A stretch of 64,000 bases of DNA from IMG/VR virus record IMGVR_UViG_3300044984_003074. One strand, given 5' to 3'. The stretch is from a virus (taxonomy: Duplodnaviria; Heunggongvirae; Uroviricota; Caudoviricetes). Below the pieces are notes generated by a model. That model was not told the DNA's origin. It saw only the letters and a list, made by a program, of their open reading frames with translations, and did no database searches. The position numbers and the translations under genes are program-made. Of the stretch, positions 9,552 through 19,543 are shown in pieces. The number at the start of each line of letters is the position of its first letter. Positions within the stretch are counted from its first letter, which is position 1.

Positions 9552-10865
9552 TTATTTAGGCCTCGATATACCTAAACTACCCAAGAAATCATCTAAACCA
9601 TCTTCATCGTCATCGTCACCATAATCGTCTGAATCAGAACCTTCTTCTTCTTGATAATTTTCAAAGTCACTTTTTAATTGTTGTGCTTCTCTCATTATCT
9701 CTTTGAATTTTGATGTTGCTCTTTTAACTTTTGATTCGTCTTGAGAAATGGCGTTTCCAATAATTTCTAAAAATTCTTGTGCTGGTATTTGGTACAATAA
9801 TGTATGAAACCAGTTTATTAATCCTTTATTTGATTCATCGTACATTTCATCAGGTAATGCAAACCTAAGTTTTTCTACAATTTCAGGACCTATTCTAAGT
9901 TGCATTGGCTCGTTAGATAATGTATCTACCTGACCTTGAACTTTTTGTCTTAATGAAGGGTCTTTAGGTAAACCGTGTCTTCCTTTAGCTTCTTCAAGAC
10001 CTTTGATGATTTCATGACATAGGATTGGAAAAATCATACCTTCCGCAACAATTTTTGTGTCTGGTTTTTCTTCTTCACCTTCTTCTCCTTCATCGCCGTC
10101 TTCATCATCGTTATTTTTTAACTCAACTTTTCCCGCAACTCCTTGTCCTGTTTGACTCATCATTTCAATCATTTGTTCCATAGTAAAATATAGGAAATCA
10201 TTGATTGACATAATCCCCAAATAATCTCTGTAAAGAGATGGGTCAATTGCATCTAATCTTGCTTTAATATCAGGTTTTTGAAAAAGGTAATGCCCTTTTT
10301 TTGCTGCTCCCTGAATAATGGCATTAATAATATTTCTTTTGTGTTTTTCTAATTCAAGAAGTTCTTCGTCAGTTAAATCTTCAACATCAAATGATGGAAT
10401 TTCTGGTTTTTCGTCTTCTTCTTCTTCTTCGTCTTCTTCATCTTCAGGATTCATTCTAAAATTACCAGTATCAATAGGTTGTCTATTAAGTAACGCTTCA
10501 ATTTCATACCAATCAGCAGGAATTTCAGTTTCTTCTAAAGCGGCTTCTTTAGCCAACTCTTCTAACTCTTCTCTATGAGCCGCCTCAATTCTCATAATAC
10601 CAGGAAGTTTTCTCATCATTTCTTGATAAACCATTCCTTGAACTTGTTGAGAACTTAAATCATTTATTCCTGTAACCTCACTTAACTTTTCAGCAACTTT
10701 TTGAAATCTATTACTAATTAATCTTTGAACATCTTCCACACCTTTTTTCATGGCAGGATTTTGAGCGTATAAACTTTCAGGACTAGCCAATTTTCTTTCT
10801 AAGTTTGGGTCCATTCTTTCGGGTCTATCTCCGTATTCTATCTGTTCTTTAATCTTATTTGCCAT
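9552..10865 (-). CDS. hypothetical acidic protein upstream of terminase
   Basis: 437 aa, poly-E/D tracts; no recognisable small-terminase motif. Confidence 0.3.
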   Translation of the reverse strand: MANKIKEQIEYGDRPERMDPNLERKLASPESLYAQNPAMKKGVEDVQRLISNRFQKVAEKLSEVTGINDLSSQQVQGMVYQEMMRKLPGIMRIEAAHREELEELAKEAALEETEIPADWYEIEALLNRQPIDTGNFRMNPEDEEDEEEEEDEKPEIPSFDVEDLTDEELLELEKHKRNIINAIIQGAAKKGHYLFQKPDIKARLDAIDPSLYRDYLGIMSINDFLYFTMEQMIEMMSQTGQGVAGKVELKNNDDEDGDEGEEGEEEKPDTKIVAEGMIFPILCHEIIKGLEEAKGRHGLPKDPSLRQKVQGQVDTLSNEPMQLRIGPEIVEKLRFALPDEMYDESNKGLINWFHTLLYQIPAQEFLEIIGNAISQDESKVKRATSKFKEIMREAQQLKSDFENYQEEEGSDSDDYGDDDDEDGLDDFLGSLGISRPK

Positions 10866-10866
10866 T

Positions 10867-11871
10867 TTATTTTTGTAGGAGGTTTAATATTACATCAATT
10901 ACTTTATCTTTTGTTTCTTCTGCTGATGGTTTTTTTGCCTTAGGGGCAGGATTCTCACCAGGGTTAGGATTTTTTCCAGGGTGTGCAGGTCTTTGTGGTT
11001 TTGTACCAGGTTTTGTTGTTGGTTTTGTAGGTGCGGTTTTTGTATCCTCACCCACTTCATTTTTTTTCTTTTCCGCCTTTGGTGCAGGATTCTCACCAGG
11101 GTTAGGATTTTTTCCAGGGTGTGCAGGTTTTTGTGGTTTTGTACCAGGTTTTGTTGTTGGACTTGTTTTTGGTTTTGTAGGCGCGGTTTCAGTACCTGAA
11201 CTTTTACCAAACGATTGTAAATGTTTAGTTGCAAAATTTTCTCCTTCCGAAAGATATTTTACTAAATCTCCTTTTGTAATTCTTGGTGGTAAGTTTTTTT
11301 CTACTATTTTCATAATTTGATTTTCAATGAACAAAGATACAGGATTTTTTCCTTCTCCCAACTGTTTTTTTACAGATTGTACACATCTTTCAAATTTTCT
11401 TGTTCTTTTAGGACCAACTTGTGCGTGACATATAGCCCATGGGTTTGGTTGTCCTGGTTTAAGGTCTGCTTCACTTTCAAACATACCCATACCGTCATCT
11501 CCACCACCAAATCCATCATCACTAGATGGACCGTCGTCATTTCCAACACTATTACCTGCGTAAGGGTCAAAACCACTATCTTTTTCCGCAGAATCATCTA
11601 AATTGTCATCTTCCTCTAATTCAGACTCGTTTGGAGTTGCAACAACATCTCCTGTTGGAGTTTTCATTACATTATACCCTTTTGGTGATGGTGGTAAATT
11701 TCCACCGTCTTGTCCAACTTTATAACTTTTTTTAGTAGGTATTTCTTCAACTTGTTCCCCTAAAAATAATTTTTTATGCAGGATATTAATTTGAGATTCA
11801 TCTAATTTACTAACCGTTTTAGACGATAATCCTTTCTCAATAAGTTCTAATGCTTTTTTATTAATTTTCAT
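10867..11871 (-). CDS. hypothetical protein with 2x ~37-aa PTKPxTKPGTKPQxPAHPGKNPNPGENPAPKA repeat
   Basis: 334 aa; tandem repeat at nt ~10930-11200. Confidence 0.35.
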   Translation of the reverse strand: MKINKKALELIEKGLSSKTVSKLDESQINILHKKLFLGEQVEEIPTKKSYKVGQDGGNLPPSPKGYNVMKTPTGDVVATPNESELEEDDNLDDSAEKDSGFDPYAGNSVGNDDGPSSDDGFGGGDDGMGMFESEADLKPGQPNPWAICHAQVGPKRTRKFERCVQSVKKQLGEGKNPVSLFIENQIMKIVEKNLPPRITKGDLVKYLSEGENFATKHLQSFGKSSGTETAPTKPKTSPTTKPGTKPQKPAHPGKNPNPGENPAPKAEKKKNEVGEDTKTAPTKPTTKPGTKPQRPAHPGKNPNPGENPAPKAKKPSAEETKDKVIDVILNLLQK

Positions 11872-12259
11872 AAATTACTTTCTTTTCAAATTCTAAAATT
11901 AAATCTCTTTCATAGAGTTTATCTTTTATTTGTTGTTCGGTCATTCCGAATCTAAAAACCATACGATTTTGTCCGTTTTCTTCATCGGGCTCCCAGGCTA
12001 ATGCAACAACATCGTCAATTGCATCTATCATAGAAAAAAAATCGGAGTTCTGAATCAATTCCAATTTTATATCAGTATTTCTCAGAACTCCTACTTTATT
12101 AATATATTTTAATTCAGGTGGATTTGGATAACCATTAGATGGTTTACTTTCCCAAGATTCACCCCACACATCAAGACTATCTGAGAAAATGAATTCGTAA
12201 AGATTATCTCCCTTATAGTTAGGTCCTAATCCATTTACGTATATCAAATTACTCATAGA

Positions 12260-13498
12260 TTACAAAATTTGTCCTTTAGGTGTTATTCTTACTTGTTTTC
12301 CTTTATTTTCAAATACTAAATTATCTTTATTGGTTTTACCAACAATTTTTGCCAAAGAATTTTTTTCTAAAAATTTTTGAGAAGCCAATTCTTGTTCAAT
12401 AGTTTCAGTTAATTTAACAACCTCACCCATTTTTTTTCTAACTTCAGAAATTTTTGTTAAATTTTTATTAGCATTTTTTTCTCTATTTTCTAAAATTTCT
12501 TTTTTAGAAACTTCAAAATATTTTGACAACACTTTGTCAACTTTAGATTCTCCAAAAATATGGTCTAATATTGCACCATTTCCAAAATCATCTTCTTCAT
12601 CCACTTCACCTTCCATTGGAATGTCCATGTCAGATTGGATATCTTCAACTTCAGTATCATCGGTAAAATCTTCACCATCCATATCGTCTTCTTGACCAAA
12701 TTCATCAGTTTCATCTTCTTCAAATTTATCAATAATATCATCTTTATCTTCTTCACTTAAAGAACTTAACTCTAAAGATGAAATAACCATATTGATTACA
12801 TATTTGATATCTTCAGAAGTCATTCCTTCTTCGTTTTCTAATGTTCTAATTTTTTGAGTTAACTTACCTGTAAGTTTTTGAATTGTTTTAAAAGTAACAA
12901 CATCGTCATCCCCACTTGGTTCTTCAATGTCAATATCATCATTAACATCAACGTCTCCTTCAGGACCCATTTCTTCAGAATCAATATCCATGTTAAAATC
13001 ATCTTCTCCTCCTAAATCAGAAGTTGGAGATGCAGGTAATTCAGGTGCAGGAATTGCTGGTGGTGCCATTGGTGGAGCCATTGGTGGAGCCATTGGTGGA
13101 GCCATTGAAGGTGCAGGTTTTGGAGTTTTTAATGTGAATTTTTTTTGTTCACCAAACATTGAAACTTCAGTCTCATTTTCATTAATCCTATTTAATTCTC
13201 CGGCAACAAGATTTAATCTTTTTAACGCTTGAGAATACGATGAATAATATTTTCTATTTTTCATCGGTTCCATATAATCAGTTCCAGATTCAGTAATAGT
13301 TCTTTTAAGAATATATCCTTGTCTTTCTTTCACGATTTCATAGTTATTACCATCGGCTAAAGTTCTGTTATATTCAGTTTTCGCAGTTTCATTTATTCTA
13401 CTAGGAATTGTCTCGTTAAAACGAGCAATTTCCATTATTCTATTTAATTTATCTTGACCTTGAAGTTTTTCACTTCCAATTGGTTTTAAATCTGCCAT
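12260..13498 (-). CDS. hypothetical acidic protein with (APPM)x4 repeat
   Basis: 412 aa; internal-head-protein-like composition. Confidence 0.3.
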   Translation of the reverse strand: MADLKPIGSEKLQGQDKLNRIMEIARFNETIPSRINETAKTEYNRTLADGNNYEIVKERQGYILKRTITESGTDYMEPMKNRKYYSSYSQALKRLNLVAGELNRINENETEVSMFGEQKKFTLKTPKPAPSMAPPMAPPMAPPMAPPAIPAPELPASPTSDLGGEDDFNMDIDSEEMGPEGDVDVNDDIDIEEPSGDDDVVTFKTIQKLTGKLTQKIRTLENEEGMTSEDIKYVINMVISSLELSSLSEEDKDDIIDKFEEDETDEFGQEDDMDGEDFTDDTEVEDIQSDMDIPMEGEVDEEDDFGNGAILDHIFGESKVDKVLSKYFEVSKKEILENREKNANKNLTKISEVRKKMGEVVKLTETIEQELASQKFLEKNSLAKIVGKTNKDNLVFENKGKQVRITPKGQIL

Positions 13499-13525
13499 AT
13501 TATGATTTATTTATTATTTAATTAT

Positions 13526-14887
13526 TTAACTATTTAATCCTTGGAAACCTCCAATAGTGATTGCGTTTAATTGTGCTACAGGTATTCCCTCATTATTTGT
13601 AAATATCGGGTGAGGTGCAATTGCTCCTGCAGGCGCCGTTCCACCACTAAAATCACCTAAAATTTCAATAGTGTATGCGTATTGTTGGTCAGCCGAGAAT
13701 CCTGTAAACCAATATGTTGGTGTTGGTGAAGGAGTCACTGCAGGTGTATTTGCAGGTGTTCCTGTTGGTGTATTTGTTGGAGTTTTTGTTGGTGTTGCAG
13801 TATTAGTAGATGTTACATTAGGAGTACCGCTTTTTGTTGGTGTATTCGTTGGGGTCGTAGTTTGAGTTGGTGTATTTGTTGGAGTTTTAGTTTGAGTTGG
13901 TGTATTTGTCGGTGTTTTAGTTTGAGTTGGTGTATTTGTAGGTGTTTTAGTTTGAGTTTGTGTAGGTGTTTGAGTTTGAGTTTGAGTTTGAGTTTGCGTA
14001 GGTGTTTGAGTTTGCGTTTGAGTTTGAGTAGGCGTATTTGTAGGTGTTTTAGTTTGTGTTTGAGTAGGTGTTGAAGTTACTGTTGAAGTAACTGATGGTG
14101 TCGGTGTATTACTTGCAGTATTTGTTGGTGTTGCTGTTGGTGTTGGTGTCGGTAATGGACATGACCCTATTGAAACATAATAACCATCACCATTAATAAT
14201 TGTTATTTCTGTAGAACAAACCACCAATGTTTGATAAGCTTGTACTTGTACTGTATTTATAAATCCGTCACAGTCTTTATAAATAAAAGTTGTATTACCA
14301 GTTCCACCATATAAGTTATATGTTTTACAAACATTAGGAGTGTTACTTGGTGTTACCGATATAGTTGGTGTATTACTTGGTGTTGCAGTATTAGTTGCAG
14401 TGTTAGTTGGTGTTGCAGTATTAGTTGCAGTGTTAGTTGGAGTTGGTGTTTTAGTTTGTGTAGGAGTACTAGTTGATGTGTTAGTTGGTGTTTGAGTATT
14501 TGTTGGTGTTACTGTTGGTGTCGGAGTTGCGGTATTTGTTGTAGTATTTGTTGGAGTTGCAGTATTTGTTGTAGTATTTGTTGGAGTTGCAGTATTAGTA
14601 GTTGTAACAGTAGGCGTTGCAGTATTAGTAGTTGTAACGGTAGGTGTTGGTGTAACAACCGCTTGACAAGTCACACAATCACCATAATCAATTGATATAG
14701 TTAATACAGTGTCAGTACCTGTGTTAGGTTCTGCGTTGTCAATGATATCATAACATCCAGGTGTTGTACCACCAGTAAATGTTAAATAATAATTTCCATT
14801 AACTGCAGGTAACGATGAGCTATCAAAATCAATTAATTTTGCTGGTCCGCCTGTACAAGCGCCTATAAGATATGTAACTAAAGCCAT
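13526..14887 (-). CDS. PT-repeat (mucin-like) protein with two Cys-containing globular domains
   Basis: 453 aa; ~250 aa of TPTNTAT/TQTQTPT repeats separating N- and mid-domains with conserved Cys; possible capsid decoration/adhesin. Confidence 0.45.
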   Translation of the reverse strand: MALVTYLIGACTGGPAKLIDFDSSSLPAVNGNYYLTFTGGTTPGCYDIIDNAEPNTGTDTVLTISIDYGDCVTCQAVVTPTPTVTTTNTATPTVTTTNTATPTNTTTNTATPTNTTTNTATPTPTVTPTNTQTPTNTSTSTPTQTKTPTPTNTATNTATPTNTATNTATPSNTPTISVTPSNTPNVCKTYNLYGGTGNTTFIYKDCDGFINTVQVQAYQTLVVCSTEITIINGDGYYVSIGSCPLPTPTPTATPTNTASNTPTPSVTSTVTSTPTQTQTKTPTNTPTQTQTQTQTPTQTQTQTQTQTPTQTQTKTPTNTPTQTKTPTNTPTQTKTPTNTPTQTTTPTNTPTKSGTPNVTSTNTATPTKTPTNTPTGTPANTPAVTPSPTPTYWFTGFSADQQYAYTIEILGDFSGGTAPAGAIAPHPIFTNNEGIPVAQLNAITIGGFQGLNS

Positions 14888-14942
14888 TTAAGTTTTTTTC
14901 TTTATAAATATATGATTATTTACATTTAGTAAGTAATATTTA

Positions 14943-15674
14943 TTAGTCTTCCATTTTTCTCTCAATAGAAAGTTCTTTATCTACGACATTATTTGCCTTA
15001 TCAAATAGTTTTTGAATATGACCAGACCTTCGTAAAAATTTAAAAACTAAATTTTCATAAGACAATTCTCCTTCTTTTTCAAGACCCGATTGTCTATATT
15101 CTTTTAATTTGTTTTTAATATCATCTAAAGTTTTTTGTTCATCAGACTCAAGAGCTTTATCAATTTTTTCAGTCCAATTTTTAATTTTATTTGATAACAA
15201 ATCTTTATCTATCTCTATTTTAAATTGTTTTGGCTTGGTAACCCATTCATTATTCATTATTGAATAAACTCCTGACGCGTAGTGAGATTCTTCGGAATCT
15301 TGTGCGTATAATTCAACATCATACCCAAATATTTTAATGTTATGCTTATCGTTGAAAACTTGTTTTTTTAAATTAAATAATTCTTTGTATAATTCAGAAT
15401 CATCTTCGTATTGTTGTATGTCAACAATGATATGAAGGTCAAAGTCTGAAAATTCAGACCAATTAAAGTTCGCCAAAGAACCTGTAAGTACAACATCTTC
15501 AACAAATACGTCATCTCCAAGATATTCAATAAATTCATCGGCAATACGTTCAAGAGCCTTTCTAACCTTAGGAACCATAGTTGCTTTGTCAGGGTCATTG
15601 GAATTTTCCCAAACTTTTGGGTTTAAAGTCTTCTTAATTGAAAAACTATTAAGTATTTGTTGGAAGTTGCTCAT
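14943..15674 (-). CDS. Pol-beta superfamily nucleotidyltransferase
   Basis: 243 aa; LTGSLANFNWSEFSDFDLHIIV = hG[GS]x10DhD motif, downstream acidic DVE. Confidence 0.5.
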   Translation of the reverse strand: MSNFQQILNSFSIKKTLNPKVWENSNDPDKATMVPKVRKALERIADEFIEYLGDDVFVEDVVLTGSLANFNWSEFSDFDLHIIVDIQQYEDDSELYKELFNLKKQVFNDKHNIKIFGYDVELYAQDSEESHYASGVYSIMNNEWVTKPKQFKIEIDKDLLSNKIKNWTEKIDKALESDEQKTLDDIKNKLKEYRQSGLEKEGELSYENLVFKFLRRSGHIQKLFDKANNVVDKELSIERKMED

Positions 15675-15686
15675 CCTTTATAAATA

Positions 15687-15929
15687 CTACAGTTTCTTAT
15701 ACTTGTACTTTTTTGATATATCTGTTGTAAAATGTTTTCCTTGAGACTCGGATTTTCTAAATGCAGTGTAGACTTGATGTGGTACAGACTCATATTCATA
15801 TCTCAGCCCATTGTTAAATTCTACGATTAAACTACTTGTTTCAGTATCGTATTCTGTTTTTCTAATGTTTGACGATTTGATTTCATTAATAATCTTCGTC
15901 CCTTTGATTTCCTCTTTTGTAATTGCCAT
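15687..15929 (-). CDS. KTSC domain protein
   Basis: 80 aa; NGLRYEYESVPHQVYTAFRKSESQGKHFTTDI matches KTSC fold pattern. Confidence 0.45.
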   Translation of the reverse strand: MAITKEEIKGTKIINEIKSSNIRKTEYDTETSSLIVEFNNGLRYEYESVPHQVYTAFRKSESQGKHFTTDISKKYKYKKL

Positions 15930-16261
15930 TTTTTAGTGGTGTTATTTCATCTATTTTAGATAGTATTGGTTTTAAATATTCATTAAATTCTTCTCCATCT
16001 ATTTCTAAACCATAATCTTTTACTTGTTGAAGTAAATCTTTTAATTCATTACTAAAATTTTGATGAAGAGACATTAATTGAGGTGAATAATATGGAGGTT
16101 TTTCTAAATCCCTTTCACTCCATCCTTCCGATTGAAAATATCGTCTCATCTTAACATATATTTCAATTATTCGTTGTAGCCCTACACTACTATTTAAAAA
16201 ATTTTCAAATGGTTTCATTTTAATAAATATAAAACCCTCACCGTTTGGTGAGGGTTTAACA

Positions 16262-16648
16262 TTACTTTTTCAAGTTTTTCAACTTGTCCCTAAGTTCAAT
16301 TGACTTTTCAAAGTTTTGTTCTTTAATAGATTCTCTCAATTCTAACTCAAGTTTATCAATAACCTTCTTGTTTGATTCTAATTTTTTAATTGAATCTCTA
16401 AGTTTAACGGCAGATTCAAAATCTTCATTTTCAATTGCGACATTTAATTGAGATTGCAATTTCTCAAATTCATTTGATGGTCTTGATTCTTTAGGGTCAT
16501 TACTCCAATAATGCGTAGTGACTTTAATTGAACCGTCTTCGGATGTTCTGGTTTTTGTTTTCCATTCACCGGTGTTTAGGTTTAATTGTTCAAACATATC
16601 GTCAAATGATTTGAACAGGTCGTTAAAGTTTTTTCTGTTTCCAAACAT
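16262..16648 (-). CDS. small protein with two UVR (UvrB/UvrC-type) motifs; candidate Clp adaptor
   Basis: 128 aa; EDFESAVKLRDSIKKLE and NFEKSIELRDKLKNLKK; divergent from ClpC-like gene. Confidence 0.45.
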   Translation of the reverse strand: MFGNRKNFNDLFKSFDDMFEQLNLNTGEWKTKTRTSEDGSIKVTTHYWSNDPKESRPSNEFEKLQSQLNVAIENEDFESAVKLRDSIKKLESNKKVIDKLELELRESIKEQNFEKSIELRDKLKNLKK

Positions 16649-16816
16649 AATTTATTTTTTTTATTTAATTTTATTACTTACCTTTGTGGTATTCAAATAA
16701 TATACCAAATTAAATAATATGTCAATATGTCATACCAAAAATATTTATCTGACAATTTGACAATTAATTTGGATAAGTATAATATTTGTTATTACTTTGT
16801 AAAAAATTAGAAATAT

Positions 16817-18829
16817 ATGAACGACTTAATGGATGACGACGACAAAACAATGAGTAAAAAACAATCTCAATCAGAAAGCAGTACACCTGTTTTAGATAAC
16901 TTTAGTAGAGATTTGAATAGACTTGCTGAGGAAGGTAAATTAGACCCCGTAATTGGTCGTGACAAAGAGATTTTAAGAATTGCACAAATCTTATCTCGTA
17001 GAAAGAAAAATAACCCTATTATCATTGGAGAACCTGGTTGTGGTAAAACCGCTTTGGTTGAGGGATTGGCAATTAAAATTGTTACCGGAGAATGTCCGAG
17101 AAACTTGGTTGATAAAAGAATTGTAAACTTAGATTTAACTTCAGTTGTTGCAGGTACAAAGTATCGTGGTCAATTTGAAGAAAGAATGAAAGTGATTATT
17201 GAAGAACTTCGTGATAACCCAAACATTATTGTGTTTATTGATGAGATTCACACATTAGTAGGTTCTGGTAATTCTTCAGGGTCAATGGATGGTTCAAACA
17301 TTTTCAAACCCGCATTATCTCGTGGTGAACTTCAATGTATTGGTGCAACTACCCTTGATGAGTTCCGTAAGAATATTGAGAAAGACGGAGCATTGGAAAG
17401 AAGATTCCAAAAAGTAATTGTTGAACCATCATCTGTTGTTGAGACAATTGAAATCCTTAAAAATGTTCGTGACAAGTATGAGTCATTTCATAAAGTCATT
17501 TATAACGATGAGGTTATTGAAGCTTGTGTTAAATTGGCGGATAGATATATCACAGATAGAGAATTTCCTGATAAAGCATTTGATATCTTGGATGAGGTTG
17601 GTGCTCGTATGCAAACCGAGCTTAAGGTTCCTGAAATAATTGAGAAATTAAAAAAGGATGCTTCGGAGATTAAACAACAAAAAATTGATGTTGTTAAAAA
17701 ACAAAACTACGAACAGGCGGCCCAATTAAGGGACAAAGAGAAAAAAGTTTTGGCCAAATTGGAATCTGAAAAACTTAAGTTTGAAGAGTCTATGTCAGAA
17801 AATAAACAAAAAGTTAATTTGGAAGATGTTTATGATGTGGTTTCTAATATGGTTAAGATTCCTGTAAGCAAAATGAATGTTGATGATACTAAGGCTTTAT
17901 TAAACTTGGATAAAGAGTTGATAGGTAAAGTGATTGGTCAGGACGCAGCGGTTATTAAAATTGCAAAATCTATTAAAAGAAACCGTTTGGGTATCAAAGA
18001 CCCAAATCGTCCAATAGGTTCATTTGTGTTCTTAGGGTCAACAGGTGTTGGTAAAACTCACTTGGCCAAACAATTAGCTAAAGAAATGTTTGGCTCTGAG
18101 GATTCTCTTATTCGTGTGGATATGTCTGAGTACCAAGAGAAACACAGTATTTCTAAATTGGTTGGAGCACCTCCAGGATATGTTGGTTATGAAGAAGGTG
18201 GATTATTAACTGAAAAAGTTAAGAACAGACCTTACTCTGTTATCTTATTTGATGAGGTAGAAAAAGCACACAAAGATGTGTTTACAGTTTTACTTCAAAT
18301 CTTGGATGATGGTCATGTGACTGATAGTTTAGGTCGTAAGATTAATTTTAAAAATACTTTGATTATCCTAACTTCAAATTTGGGTGTTAAGAAATTACAA
18401 GATTTTGGTACAGGTATTGGATTTTCTAATAACCCTTATTCAAATGAAGAGGCAAAGAAACAAGTATTGATGAAAGAAATGAAAAACTTTTTCTCACCTG
18501 AATTTATTAACCGTATTGACGATACTATCGTATTTAACTCTTTGACTATTGATGATATCAAAAAAATCACAGAGATTGAGTTAAAAAAATTAACTGCTCG
18601 TCTTAGTGATATGAAGTACAAAGTAACTTATGATTCAACATTGGTTGATTACCTATCCAAAATTGGATTTGATGAATTATACGGGGCAAGACCTTTGAAA
18701 AGAGCAATTCAAGATAAGGTTGAGGATTTATTATCAGAAGAAGTTCTTCTTGGTAAAATGATTGAAGGTAAATCTTATGTTATCAAGGTAGATAATGATG
18801 AGGTTAAAATTCAGAAAAAAGGTAGATAA
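16817..18829 (+). CDS. ClpC/ClpE-type AAA+ unfoldase lacking N-domain, with UVR linker and ClpP-docking loop
   Basis: 670 aa; two Walker A (GEPGCGKT, GSTGVGKT), UVR motif YEQAAQLRDKEKKVLAKLE between D1 and D2, GTGIGF loop, sensor-2 GARPLKR. Confidence 0.8.
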   Translation: MNDLMDDDDKTMSKKQSQSESSTPVLDNFSRDLNRLAEEGKLDPVIGRDKEILRIAQILSRRKKNNPIIIGEPGCGKTALVEGLAIKIVTGECPRNLVDKRIVNLDLTSVVAGTKYRGQFEERMKVIIEELRDNPNIIVFIDEIHTLVGSGNSSGSMDGSNIFKPALSRGELQCIGATTLDEFRKNIEKDGALERRFQKVIVEPSSVVETIEILKNVRDKYESFHKVIYNDEVIEACVKLADRYITDREFPDKAFDILDEVGARMQTELKVPEIIEKLKKDASEIKQQKIDVVKKQNYEQAAQLRDKEKKVLAKLESEKLKFEESMSENKQKVNLEDVYDVVSNMVKIPVSKMNVDDTKALLNLDKELIGKVIGQDAAVIKIAKSIKRNRLGIKDPNRPIGSFVFLGSTGVGKTHLAKQLAKEMFGSEDSLIRVDMSEYQEKHSISKLVGAPPGYVGYEEGGLLTEKVKNRPYSVILFDEVEKAHKDVFTVLLQILDDGHVTDSLGRKINFKNTLIILTSNLGVKKLQDFGTGIGFSNNPYSNEEAKKQVLMKEMKNFFSPEFINRIDDTIVFNSLTIDDIKKITEIELKKLTARLSDMKYKVTYDSTLVDYLSKIGFDELYGARPLKRAIQDKVEDLLSEEVLLGKMIEGKSYVIKVDNDEVKIQKKGR

Positions 18830-18836
18830 TAAAAAA

Positions 18837-18863
18837 GGGGGAATTTAATTCCCCCTTTTTTTA
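18837..18863 (+). terminator. rho-independent terminator (GGGGGAATTTAATTCCCCC + T-run)
   Basis: perfect hairpin right after ClpC-like stop. Confidence 0.6.
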
Positions 18864-18874
18864 TATTTATAATA

Positions 18875-19543
18875 ATGAAAGATTTGATTAAAAAAATTAT
18901 TAAAGAAACATTTGAAAATAATGAGATAAAATCTCAATCAAATCTTGATAGATTAATGAATCATTTTAAATCCCAATTTCCTGACGATTTAAAATCTAAA
19001 GTACCAATAATTGGTAAATTCATTTCAGATTATATCCAAAAAAATAATATTAATGTTAAATTTCTTAATTCTTGTTCAACAGGGTTTTCAGGTGTTAGAA
19101 CTAAGGACCAAGTTATAATTTGTTCTCCAACACAAATGTCAACTATTGGGGATTTTCTTTACACAATTTTTCACGAAATTAGACATGAGCATCAAGTTCG
19201 TGATTTAAAAATGTTAAACCCATTAACTGAATTTGACTTGGAAGATTTTGAGAATCTTGCCGACCAATATTGGGAGATGGAATTAGATGCCGACCAATTT
19301 GCAAAAAATATGGTTGCAAAAATTGTGATTAAATTAGAAATTCCAATAGATATTGCAAAAAATTTATTTTCACTTTCCCTATTTATTGAAAAATATCCTT
19401 TAATGTCTAAAATGGTCAGAGGTCATTTACAACAAATTGTTAACGGAATTAAAGACATAAAAAAATCGGGAGGAGAATATGAAGATATTCAAGACCACCC
19501 GATGGTTAAACGATATATTGATAAGTTAGAAAATTTTATCTAA
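18875..19543 (+). CDS. hypothetical protein with HExxH (HEIRH) motif
   Basis: 222 aa; possible zinc metallopeptidase. Confidence 0.25.
   Translation: MKDLIKKIIKETFENNEIKSQSNLDRLMNHFKSQFPDDLKSKVPIIGKFISDYIQKNNINVKFLNSCSTGFSGVRTKDQVIICSPTQMSTIGDFLYTIFHEIRHEHQVRDLKMLNPLTEFDLEDFENLADQYWEMELDADQFAKNMVAKIVIKLEIPIDIAKNLFSLSLFIEKYPLMSKMVRGHLQQIVNGIKDIKKSGGEYEDIQDHPMVKRYIDKLENFI

Noticed and set aside
9552-10865. Small terminase subunit call for the ORF upstream of TerL
   Set aside because: 437 aa and strongly acidic, with no recognisable small-terminase features. Left as hypothetical.
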